Source: Candidatus Aldehydirespirator sp. (GTDB taxonomy: Bacteria > Actinomycetota > Acidimicrobiia > Acidimicrobiales > Aldehydirespiratoraceae). From it: a stretch of DNA of 64,000 nucleotides. Location of the stretch: NCBI GenBank assembly GCA_965221185.1, contig OZ244866.1, positions 1,366,901 through 1,430,900 on the forward strand, written 5' to 3'. Of the stretch, positions 42,640-51,041 are shown piece by piece. Every line of letters starts with the position of its first letter. Position 1 is the stretch's first letter. A program made the position numbers and the translations under genes. Under the pieces are notes generated by a model that was given only the letters and a program-made list of their open reading frames with translations, searched no databases and was not told where the DNA came from.

Positions 42640-43602
42640 TCACGGCGGTCTGGGTAGGTCGTCCTCGATGTAGGCGCGGATGATGTCGTCGTAGCTGCCG
42701 TCCGCCTTGAACCCGAGGTCGATCGCACGGGCAGCCTCGAAACGCTGGGGCCATCCGGCAACGATCGCGGCGACCACGGGATCGGCCGCTTCGGTGATCA
42801 GCCCCACGACGTCGGAGCCGGCCACGCGCCGGAGCGCCTCGATCTGCTCGCCCACCGTTACCGACACGCCCGGCATCGTGAGATTCCGGCGGGGTCCCAG
42901 CCGCGACGTGCCCAGCTCGGCGCCATGAACCAGGAACCCGATGGCGGCGCGGGGGCTTGCGTGGGGGTGGCGCACGTCACGCGAGACGGGCAGCGTCGCC
43001 TCCTGGCCAGCGAGCGGCTCGCGAATGATGCCCGAGAAGAAGCTCGAGGCGGCTGCATTGGGCGCGCCGGGGCGCACGCTCACGGTCGGGAGCCGGACCC
43101 CCACGCCGTCGAAGAACCCGCGGCGGCTGTAGTCGGCCAGCAACGCCTCGCCGATCAGCTTCTGCGTGCCGTAGGAGGTGAGCGGTGTGGGATGGAAGTC
43201 GTCAGGGATCGAATCGGGGAACGGTGCGCCGAAGACTGCGATGGACGAGGTGTAGACCACCCGAGGCGCGCCTGGCTCGAACCGGATGGCATCGAACAGC
43301 CGCCGGGTGCCGTCGAGATTGACCCGCATGCCCTTGTCGAAGTCGGCTTCTGCCTCTCCGGAGACCACGCCCGCGAGGTGGAACACCACATCGGGTCCGA
43401 GCGAGACGAAGGCCTCGGCCGCGCCGGGGCGGGAGAGGTCGGCCGCATGGGCTGCGCACACCGCGGAGTCGACCGGGGTCTCGACGAGGTCGACGAGATC
43501 GATGGCGTCGACCCTCTCACCGCGGAGATGGCCCCGGTCGAGGAGCCGCCGGGTCAGCTTGCGGCCGAGCATGCCCGCGCCGCCGGTGATGAGAACGCGC
43601 AT
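42640..43602 (-). CDS. NAD-dependent epimerase/dehydratase family protein
   Basis: MRVLITGGAGMLG Rossmann motif and YGTQK catalytic motif. Confidence 0.8.
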   Translation of the reverse strand: MRVLITGGAGMLGRKLTRRLLDRGHLRGERVDAIDLVDLVETPVDSAVCAAHAADLSRPGAAEAFVSLGPDVVFHLAGVVSGEAEADFDKGMRVNLDGTRRLFDAIRFEPGAPRVVYTSSIAVFGAPFPDSIPDDFHPTPLTSYGTQKLIGEALLADYSRRGFFDGVGVRLPTVSVRPGAPNAAASSFFSGIIREPLAGQEATLPVSRDVRHPHASPRAAIGFLVHGAELGTSRLGPRRNLTMPGVSVTVGEQIEALRRVAGSDVVGLITEAADPVVAAIVAGWPQRFEAARAIDLGFKADGSYDDIIRAYIEDDLPRPP

Positions 43603-43606
43603 CGGC

Positions 43607-43747
43607 GTCAGCCGCGGCCCACTAGGAGCATGCCGTTGGCCATGACGGTCATCGTCAGCCGCGGCCTACTAGGAACATGCCGTTGGCCATCACGGTCATC
43701 GTCAGCCGCGGCCTACTAGGGGCATGCCGTTGGCCATCACGGTCATC
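43607..43747. repeat. 47-bp tandem repeat, 3 units, copying the last 15 codons and stop of the SDR gene
   Basis: Units at 43607-43653, 43654-43700 and 43701-43747 differ at 1-4 positions pairwise. A fourth unit start (gtcagc) runs into the gene body. Confidence 0.9.
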
Positions 43748-44457
43748 GTCAGCACGTTCGTGTCCGCAGGCAGGCCGGCCATGTAGGCCACGGCGCGGCC
43801 GGCATCGGCCGCGTCCATGGTGGGTTCGGGCTTGATGCTGCCGTCGGGCTGGGGCACACCCTCGTGGAAGCGGGCTGTCAGAGGGGTCAGGGCGTTGCCG
43901 ATGTCGATCTGGCCACAGGTGATGCCGAAGTGCCTGCCGTCGAGCGACAGTGACTTGGTCAACCCGGTGATCGCATGTTTCGTGGCCGTGTACGGGGCGC
44001 TGTTGGGCCTGGGCACATAGGCCGAGATCGACCCGTTGTTGATGATCCGCCCACCCGCGGGGTCCTGCGCCTTCATCAACCGGAACGCGTGCCGGGCACA
44101 GAGGAACGAACCGGTGAGGTTCACGTCCACCACGCTCTGCCAATGCTCGACCTCGAGCTCGTCGATCGGTACCGGCGGCGCGACCGTGCCCGCATTGTTG
44201 AACAGCAGATCGAGGCGGCCGTGATCGGCGCGCACCTGCTCGAAGAGCGCCGCGACCGAAGCCGGGTCGCTCACGTCGGCGGCGATGGCCGAGCCGGACC
44301 CACCCAGACGGTCGCACTCCTCGGCCGTTTCGGCCAGGAGATGTGCCCGCCTCCCAACAGCCACGACATGCCAGCCCTCGCGGGCCAGAGCCAACGCCGC
44401 GGCTTTCCCGAGTCCAGTGCCGGCTCCAGTCACCATCGCGATCTTGTGGTCCTGCAT
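43702..44457 (-). CDS. SDR family oxidoreductase
   Basis: [11 protein letters not shown] and YTATKHAI motifs. ATG at 44457 is preferred to the track start at 44493. Confidence 0.85.
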   Translation of the reverse strand: MQDHKIAMVTGAGTGLGKAAALALAREGWHVVAVGRRAHLLAETAEECDRLGGSGSAIAADVSDPASVAALFEQVRADHGRLDLLFNNAGTVAPPVPIDELEVEHWQSVVDVNLTGSFLCARHAFRLMKAQDPAGGRIINNGSISAYVPRPNSAPYTATKHAITGLTKSLSLDGRHFGITCGQIDIGNALTPLTARFHEGVPQPDGSIKPEPTMDAADAGRAVAYMAGLPADTNVLTMTVMANGMPLVGRG

Positions 44458-44527
44458 TGCCGTATCCTCGCAGCGTGACGGCGGGTGCGCCACCGCCGCC
44501 GTACCCCGATATCAGAGATGAGCGCCC

Positions 44528-44716
44528 GTGAAGATCAAAGTGGACCTCGACCAGTGCATCGGCAGCGGCTCGTGCGAGATGCTTGCTCCCGACGTGTTCG
44601 AGGTCTCCGACGCCGGACTCTGCCAAGTCCTCGTTACCGACGCCGGCTCCGATCCCGAGGACAGGGTCCACAAGGCCGTCGAGTCCTGCCCGACCAGAGC
44701 GATCTCGGTCATCTGA
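44528..44716 (+). CDS. Small ferredoxin (3Fe-4S/4Fe-4S type, P450-partner-like)
   Basis: CIGSGSCEMLAPDVF...CPTRAI. 62 aa, GTG start. Confidence 0.8.
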   Translation: MKIKVDLDQCIGSGSCEMLAPDVFEVSDAGLCQVLVTDAGSDPEDRVHKAVESCPTRAISVI

Positions 44717-44769
44717 CTGTCACCGCCCCCCAACCGCGACTGCATCGCGGGGGTCGTGCCGGCTCTCCG

Positions 44770-45654
44770 TCAGTCGTGGATGCCGAGGGCGTCGGCTATG
44801 GCCAGCCACTGTCTCGCCGTGGTCACGTGAGCGATGTCGATGTGGCGCCGCTCGTAGACGAGGGCGGCCCGGCCCTCGGCCTCGGCGTCCTCGAAGGCCG
44901 CTATCAACCCCCGGTAGAAGCCGACCTCGGCCGCGGTCGGGGTGAAAGCCTCGTTCACGACACCGACGTGGCTGGGATGGATGACGATCATTCCCCTGAA
45001 CCCCAGGGCCCGGCCCTGAGCGGCGAAGGCGCCGAGCCCTTCGAGGTCCCGCACGTCCTCCCACAGCCCGGTCAGCGGATGGACGCCGCTGGCCCGGCAC
45101 GCGATCAGGACCCGGCTGCGGATATAGAGGCTCTCGAAGCCTTCGGACGACCATTCGAACCCAACCGCTCGGGCCACGTCGGCGTGGCGGGCGGTGGCGC
45201 CGATCATCGCTGCGATGCGGGGAGACGCGGCCGCGATCTCCGGCGCGTTCTGGAAGGCCAGAGCGGTCTCGATCGGCACGATCATCTCGAGGCCCTCGGC
45301 CCCGCCCACATGCTCGGCGTGCTCAAGCAGCGCCTCGAAGCGGTGGACATCGGCGGCAGAGTCGACCTTGGGCGGGAAGATGCCGTCGAGGCCAGGCCTG
45401 ACGACTGCGGCCAGGTCGGAGCCGGCGGTCTTGGTGGCCAGGCCGTTGGGCCTCACGAACAGGCCGACATCGTGACCGTCGGCCCGCACCCGGTCGATCG
45501 ACTCCGCGACGACGCTGCGGGCCGCGGCCTTGTCGGCGTCGGGCACCGCGTCCTCCAGGTCGAGCACGATGGCGTCCGCTCCTGAGGCGATGCCCTTGGC
45601 CACCAGCTCGGGGCGATGTCCCGGCATGAACAGCATCGACCGGTACGGCTTCAC
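44770..45654 (-). CDS. HpcH/HpaI aldolase / citrate lyase beta (CitE)-like protein
   Basis: RSMLFMPG, VLDLEDAV and VPIETA motifs. GTG at 45654 overlaps the stop of the upstream remnant (GTGA). Confidence 0.8.
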   Translation of the reverse strand: MKPYRSMLFMPGHRPELVAKGIASGADAIVLDLEDAVPDADKAAARSVVAESIDRVRADGHDVGLFVRPNGLATKTAGSDLAAVVRPGLDGIFPPKVDSAADVHRFEALLEHAEHVGGAEGLEMIVPIETALAFQNAPEIAAASPRIAAMIGATARHADVARAVGFEWSSEGFESLYIRSRVLIACRASGVHPLTGLWEDVRDLEGLGAFAAQGRALGFRGMIVIHPSHVGVVNEAFTPTAAEVGFYRGLIAAFEDAEAEGRAALVYERRHIDIAHVTTARQWLAIADALGIHD

Positions 45655-45935
45655 AAGCCCCTTCCCTTGTGGACGACCACCGTGGCGTCGACAGCGACGG
45701 CCCCCGACTCGTCGACGACGACCGGATTCAGATCCAACGCAACCAGCCAATCGCGGCCAGCGTCGATGAAGGAGCCGACCGCTGACACGACCTCCGCGAG
45801 GCTCTGGGCATCGGGTTTCGCCCCTCTCAGCCCAGCGAGCACCGGCCACGACCGGAGGCTGCGCAGCGCCTCGTCGACCTCGGCCGGGGTCGCAGGGCAG
45901 GCCAGGAACCTGACATCGCGGCGCGGTTCCGAGAG
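45651..45935 (-). pseudogene. C-terminal remnant of an ADP-forming acyl-CoA synthetase (ATP-grasp) gene
   Basis: VLAGLRGAKPD...LVALDLNPVVVDESGAVAVDATVVV is the typical C-terminus of this family. An in-frame TGA at about 45936 removes everything upstream. Confidence 0.55.
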
Positions 45936-45949
45936 GAGGAACGATCACC

Positions 45950-46543
45950 TTGGACGGCGCCGAACTCCCGAGCTCTCGACCAGTGGAGAGCTTGCGACGG
46001 GGTATGGCGTTCGTTCCAGCGGACCGGCTGAGCAAGGCCGCATTCCTCGACATGACTCTGCGTGTGAATCTCACGATCTCGAAGCTGGAGCCCGTCTATG
46101 GCCCTTTCGGAGTCCGCAAGGGCGTGGAGCGCCGTCAAGCTCGAGATTGGCTCGACAAGTTGGATGTCGTCCCCAAGGCTCCCGAGGCGCGCCTCATGTC
46201 GCTGAGCGGCGGCAACCAGCAGAAGGTTGTGCTCGCCCGGGTGTTGCGGCTCGAGCCTCGAGTGCTCGTGCTCGATGAGCCAACCCAGGGCGTCGATGTG
46301 GGGGCCAAGGCTGCGATTCATGAAATCGTGCGCGGTGCAGCTCGAGAGGGCACGGCCGTCATCGTCGCGTCGACGGAGTCCGAAGAGTTGGTCGAGATCT
46401 GCGACCGGATCGTCGTGCTGGTTGGCGGCGCCCGGATCGCCGACCACCCGGTCTCCACACTCTCCGCCGACCAGCTGACAGAACTGACCATGAGGAAGCC
46501 GGGCGGTGACGACGAGGCGATTCACCACGTGCTTGGCCTCTAG
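45950..46543 (+). pseudogene. C-terminal half (second nucleotide-binding domain) of a sugar ABC ATPase
   Basis: LSGGNQQK, VLVLDEPTQGVD and the following H-loop region are present. There is no Walker A and no first domain. Confidence 0.6.
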
Positions 46544-46564
46544 GCCCGAGAAGGGGGAGTACCC

Positions 46565-47416
46565 GTGACTGGACGCTTGGAGGGAAGGGTCGCAGCCATC
46601 ACCGGCGGCTCGAGCGGGTTGGGCGCGGCCTCGGCGGAGCTGTTCGTGGCCGAGGGCGCCAAGGTCGTGCTCGGCGACATCCAGGACGAGCGAGGGTTCG
46701 ACCAAGCCGACTCCCTCGGCGACGCCGCTCGTTTCATCCATTGCGACGTGACCAAGGAAGACGACGTCGCGGCTCTCGTCGACAAGGCCGTCAACGACTT
46801 CGGTCGGCTCGACGTGATGTACAACAACGCCGGTATCCCCGGCGCGCTCGGCCCGATCGACACCACGCCCTACGCCGAGTGGACGGCGACGCTCGATGTC
46901 CTCCTGAACGGAACATTCCTCGGCCTCAAACATGCGGCGAGGGTGATGAAACCCCAGAAATCCGGCGTGATCATCTCGACATCGAGCATCGCAGGAGTCA
47001 CGGGCGGGATCGGGCCCCACGCGTACAGCGCGGCCAAGTGCGCAGTGATCGGCATGACGAAGAACGTCGCCGCTGAGCTGTGCCACTTCGGCATCCGGGT
47101 CAACGCCATCGCACCGGCCACCATGGCCACATCGATGCCCGCAGGCATGCTGGTGGGTGATCCGGACGACATTGAGGGGCTGAAGGATGTCCTCGCCAAG
47201 GACTCGCCGCTCGGGCGTTCCGGGCTGGCCGAGGACATCGCGGAAGCGGCCCTGTGGCTGGCATCGGACAACGCCGGCTACGTCAGCGGCCACACACTCG
47301 TCGTCGACGCTGGTGTCACGACTGGCTCGAGCGCCGGCGGGGATATGTACGAGGAGCTGGGGCTGTACGACGAGTACGCCCCGATGCTGCGCGAGAGGGG
47401 TCGATCAGGCCTGTGA
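46565..47416 (+). CDS. SDR family oxidoreductase
   Basis: ITGGSSGLGAA and YSAAKCAV motifs. Confidence 0.85.
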   Translation: MTGRLEGRVAAITGGSSGLGAASAELFVAEGAKVVLGDIQDERGFDQADSLGDAARFIHCDVTKEDDVAALVDKAVNDFGRLDVMYNNAGIPGALGPIDTTPYAEWTATLDVLLNGTFLGLKHAARVMKPQKSGVIISTSSIAGVTGGIGPHAYSAAKCAVIGMTKNVAAELCHFGIRVNAIAPATMATSMPAGMLVGDPDDIEGLKDVLAKDSPLGRSGLAEDIAEAALWLASDNAGYVSGHTLVVDAGVTTGSSAGGDMYEELGLYDEYAPMLRERGRSGL

Positions 47417-47417
47417 T

Positions 47418-48416
47418 CTACGGGTTGCCCCTGAACTCGGGATGACCGAGGTCTACTGCCTGTCCGATGGCTCCCAGGACGTCCGGGGTGAGCCGGTCGA
47501 TCAACTCGAGGGCGCCCATGTTGTCGGCGACCTGGGAGAGTCGTGTCGCTCCGGTGATGACCGTCGACACGTTCGGGTTCGACGCGCACCACGCGATTGC
47601 CAGCTGGGCGAGCGAGCACCCTAGGTCGTCCGCGATGGGGACGAGGTTTGAGACCGGCTCGAGGAACCGCTCGTCGAGGAGGCTCTCTCGCAGCCACTCA
47701 TAGCCGGCGCGCGTGCCGCGGGTTCCCTCGGGGATGCCCTCCAGGTACTTGCCGGTGAGGAGTCCCCCTGCCAGCGGGCTGTAGATCGCCGTGCCGTAAC
47801 CGTGGTCCGCGAACAGCGGCGCGTACTCGTGCTCGACCCGGCTGCGGTGCAGCATGCTGTATTGGGGCTGCTCGGTCACCGGCTTGCGGAGATGGTGGCG
47901 CTCCGCGACGTCGATGGCGTCGCAGATCTTCTCCGCCGGCCACTCGGAGGTTCCCCAATAGTGGGCCCGGCCCGACTCGATGATGTCCGACATCGCCCGA
48001 ACCGTCTCCTCCATCGGCGTCTCCGGGTCGGAGCGGTGGCAGAAAGCGATGTCGATGGTGTCGAGGCCGTAGCGCTCCAGCGCCTTGTCCATCGACTCCA
48101 TGAGGAACTTGCGGTTGAGGGTGCGGGACGCGTTGACGGTGTCGGACAGGCCCCAGAAGAACTTGGTGGACACCAGGTAGGAGTCGCGGGGCCAGCCGAG
48201 CTCGGCCAGCGCGTGACCCATGGCCCGCTCGCCCTCGCCGAGACCGTACGACTGGGCGTTGTCGAAGTAATTGACCCCGGCGTCCCGGGCCAGCGACATG
48301 AGTTCGAGGGTGGCGTCGTAGTCGACCTCGGTGGCGAACGTCGCCAACGAGGAGCCCAGCGACAACACGCTGACCTTCACTCCGGCGCGGCCGAGGCGTC
48401 TGTACTGCATCGTCAT
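47418..48416 (-). CDS. Aldo/keto reductase
   Basis: MQYRRLGRAGVKVSVLSLGS N-terminus and typical AKR body. 332 aa. Confidence 0.85.
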   Translation of the reverse strand: MTMQYRRLGRAGVKVSVLSLGSSLATFATEVDYDATLELMSLARDAGVNYFDNAQSYGLGEGERAMGHALAELGWPRDSYLVSTKFFWGLSDTVNASRTLNRKFLMESMDKALERYGLDTIDIAFCHRSDPETPMEETVRAMSDIIESGRAHYWGTSEWPAEKICDAIDVAERHHLRKPVTEQPQYSMLHRSRVEHEYAPLFADHGYGTAIYSPLAGGLLTGKYLEGIPEGTRGTRAGYEWLRESLLDERFLEPVSNLVPIADDLGCSLAQLAIAWCASNPNVSTVITGATRLSQVADNMGALELIDRLTPDVLGAIGQAVDLGHPEFRGNP

Positions 48417-48483
48417 GGGTTCTCCGTCGTCGGTTAGCGTCGAGCCTCATCTTGGCCGACCGGTGACTGCGAGACACAAGCGA

Positions 48484-49605
48484 ATGGCAACTCACGGCGA
48501 CATCAGAGATCTCCGCCAACTGCCCAAGGCGCACCTCCACGTCCACATGGAGGGCGCTATGCGTCGATCCACGCTCGACGAGCTCGCCGATCGCTACGGG
48601 ATAGAGCACCCGCCTGACACCAGGGGACAGCGTTTCGACAACTTCATGGGGTTCAATGCCACCTACTGGGCGGCCTGCCACTGCATCCGGACCCCCGACG
48701 ACCTGGCCAGGCTCATCACCGAGGTGACCGAGGACGCTGCCGAGCACGGGGCCTGGTGGCACGAGCCCGCATTCGACCCGGCCCGGTACAGCATCGAGCG
48801 CGCCGGGGGCCCCTACCAGATGTTCGAGACGCAGGAGGACTGCTGGCGCTTCAGCTTCGAGGTGGCCGAGGCGGCCGAGAGGGCAACCGGCGTCGGGGTG
48901 GCGTTCGTGGCCGCCGCCGATCGCACCCAGCCCGTCGAGCGGGCCCTGGATCGGGCCGAGATCGTCAACAAACTGGTGAGTTCACGCCAACACATGATCA
49001 AGAGCGGGATGGAGTGCTTCGACGGCCAGCACTCGGCGATCGCGTCGTTCGGACTGCATGCCAATGAGGAGGGCTGCCCGCCCGAGCCCTTCGCCGAGGC
49101 GTTCCGCGTGGCCACGACGGGCACGGGCCTGCTGGCGACCCCGCACGCCGGCGAGATAGCGCCGTTCCCCGGGGGCGGTCCAGCCTCGGTGGAGGGCGCC
49201 GTCGATGTGCTGGGCGCCGACCGCATCCAGCACGGGGTGCTGTGCATCGAGGACCCGGAGCTGGTCAGGCGGCTCGCGGCCGAGCGAGTCTGCCTCGACG
49301 TGTGCCCCTCATCCAATCTGCTTCTGAGGGTGTTCGGTTCGGTGCACGAGCATCCGCTCCCGGCGCTGCTCGAAGCGGGCGTTCCGTGCTCGCTAGCGAG
49401 TGACGACCCTCTGCTGTTCGGTCCGAGCCTGCTCGACGAGTACGAGCTGTGCCGCCGCGAAATGGGGTTGAGCGACGATCAGCTCGCTGCCGTCGCGCGG
49501 TCGTCGTTCGAGTTCAGCGCCGCGCCCCAGCCGGTCAAGGAGGCGGGGATCGCCGCGATCGATCGGTGGATCAGCTCCGGGGGAGGACTAGCACCGAGGG
49601 GCTGA
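48484..49605 (+). CDS. Adenosine/adenine deaminase family protein, second paralogue
   Basis: LPKAHLHVHMEG, HAGE and SLASDD motifs. ATG at 48484 chosen within the longer track ORF. Confidence 0.8.
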   Translation: MATHGDIRDLRQLPKAHLHVHMEGAMRRSTLDELADRYGIEHPPDTRGQRFDNFMGFNATYWAACHCIRTPDDLARLITEVTEDAAEHGAWWHEPAFDPARYSIERAGGPYQMFETQEDCWRFSFEVAEAAERATGVGVAFVAAADRTQPVERALDRAEIVNKLVSSRQHMIKSGMECFDGQHSAIASFGLHANEEGCPPEPFAEAFRVATTGTGLLATPHAGEIAPFPGGGPASVEGAVDVLGADRIQHGVLCIEDPELVRRLAAERVCLDVCPSSNLLLRVFGSVHEHPLPALLEAGVPCSLASDDPLLFGPSLLDEYELCRREMGLSDDQLAAVARSSFEFSAAPQPVKEAGIAAIDRWISSGGGLAPRG

Positions 49606-49658
49606 CTAGCTCCCCTGGGAGATGACTAGCTCCGGAAAATGATCAGCTCCGGGGGATG
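49569..49658. repeat. Approximately 18-bp tandem repeat, 5 units, core ga(t/c)(c/t)agc(t/a)cc
   Basis: Units start at 49569, 49587, 49605, 49625 and 49641. The first and last share 16 identical nt (gatcagctccggggga). The array spans the stops of the two convergent genes. Confidence 0.8.
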
Positions 49659-50977
49659 AACCGGGCTGGCATCGGCTCGCGGTGCGAGGCGCCGCCCAGA
49701 TCGACGCGGTAGTGGAAGTCGGGCGTGAACTCGAGCTCCATCCGGTGGTTCTTGATCAGGTTGGCGAGGACGACCGGCGCGTGCACCCGCGTGATGCTCT
49801 TTCCGAGGCAGACGTGGGTACCGCCCCCGAAGGTGCCGTGCGCCTTCTTCGGGTAGTCGTTCTCGAGCCAGCGCCGGGGCCTGAATTCAAAGGGGGATGC
49901 GTAAATCTCTTCGAAGTAGTGGGGCAATGCCTGAATCTGCAGCACCTGCGTGTCGGCGGGCACCTCATATCCGAGGACGTCGAGGTCGGTCTCGGTGCAT
50001 CGGGGGTGGAACAACGCGCCCGGCTTCAATCTCTCGCCTTCCATGATGGTCGCTTGGAGCTTCGGGTAGTCGCCCAGTCCGGTCAGGAATGCGTCCGGTG
50101 TCCAGCCGTCGAGCTCCTCGCGCAGCTCGGCCTCCCATTCCGGTGCCTCAGAGAGGTACTGCATGATCCACGTGATCAGCTTCGTGTTGTTCTCAGCGCC
50201 GGCGACGAGCAGCAGGTAGGCGTCATAGAGCTTCTCGTCGATTGAGTACTGCTCGCCGTCGTCGACCCTCTGCTGCAGCACCCGATCCAGATTGTCGTCG
50301 CGAGCCGCGGAGTCTTGGGTGTCTCTGGCCGCGACGACCTCGGCGAGATGGTCGAACATGGTCCGCTTGACTGAGAGGTAGTGGTCCTGGGCAAAGTACT
50401 CCTGACGGAACTCGCCGAGGTTGAGGCCGCGCATGAACTTGTCCTCGAAGTCGGCCATGTGGCCCAGCAGCTCTTCGCTCAGCGATGTCTGGACCATCGT
50501 CCGCGATGAGGCGTAGATGATGGCCCGGCGGCAGAAGTCGTAGATGTCGAGGTCCTGGCCGGCAGACATGTCGAACCGTTCGGCGATAGCGGCGCTCATC
50601 GCCGGCAGGTGCCGGAACACCGTCGCGGCTCGAAACCCGGCGCTGAGCGCCCGACGCTTGCGACGATGGGGGACACCGTCGAGCGTGGTCACGTGGACGA
50701 AGCCCAGCTCCTCGCCGAACCCTGCCATGGCCTTCTGGTAGCTCCAGACGTCGTGGTTCGTCCAACAGAAGTCGTTCGCCTCGAGGCCAGCGACCGCCAC
50801 CCACTCCTGGTTGCGGAACTGGGTGCGGTAGATGGGCCCATGTTTCCGGTAGGCGTCCAGGTGATAGCCGATCGGATCCTCGGCGAAGGCCACGTCCTCG
50901 GCCGAGAACCGATCATCGGGACTGGTCTGATCGGCTACGGCTTCGTAGAGGGGCAGTGCTTCGAGCGCTTTGGCCAC
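49643..50977 (-). CDS. Cytochrome P450
   Basis: Haem-binding motif FGGGTHVCLGKS. 444 aa. Confidence 0.9.
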   Translation of the reverse strand: MAKALEALPLYEAVADQTSPDDRFSAEDVAFAEDPIGYHLDAYRKHGPIYRTQFRNQEWVAVAGLEANDFCWTNHDVWSYQKAMAGFGEELGFVHVTTLDGVPHRRKRRALSAGFRAATVFRHLPAMSAAIAERFDMSAGQDLDIYDFCRRAIIYASSRTMVQTSLSEELLGHMADFEDKFMRGLNLGEFRQEYFAQDHYLSVKRTMFDHLAEVVAARDTQDSAARDDNLDRVLQQRVDDGEQYSIDEKLYDAYLLLVAGAENNTKLITWIMQYLSEAPEWEAELREELDGWTPDAFLTGLGDYPKLQATIMEGERLKPGALFHPRCTETDLDVLGYEVPADTQVLQIQALPHYFEEIYASPFEFRPRRWLENDYPKKAHGTFGGGTHVCLGKSITRVHAPVVLANLIKNHRMELEFTPDFHYRVDLGGASHREPMPARFIPRS

Positions 50978-51041
50978 GACGGCTCACTATACGTGAGGGG
51001 CTGGATCGAGACGGGCCGGACCGCTGGTCCCGTCGCCTCTG

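Noticed and set aside
44725-44752. A GC-rich hairpin (ccgcga-ctgca-tcgcgg, flanked by C and G runs) between the ferredoxin and the CitE-like gene, as a bidirectional terminator.
   Set aside because: The stem is short and there is no T/A-tract on either side. This is not enough evidence to annotate it.
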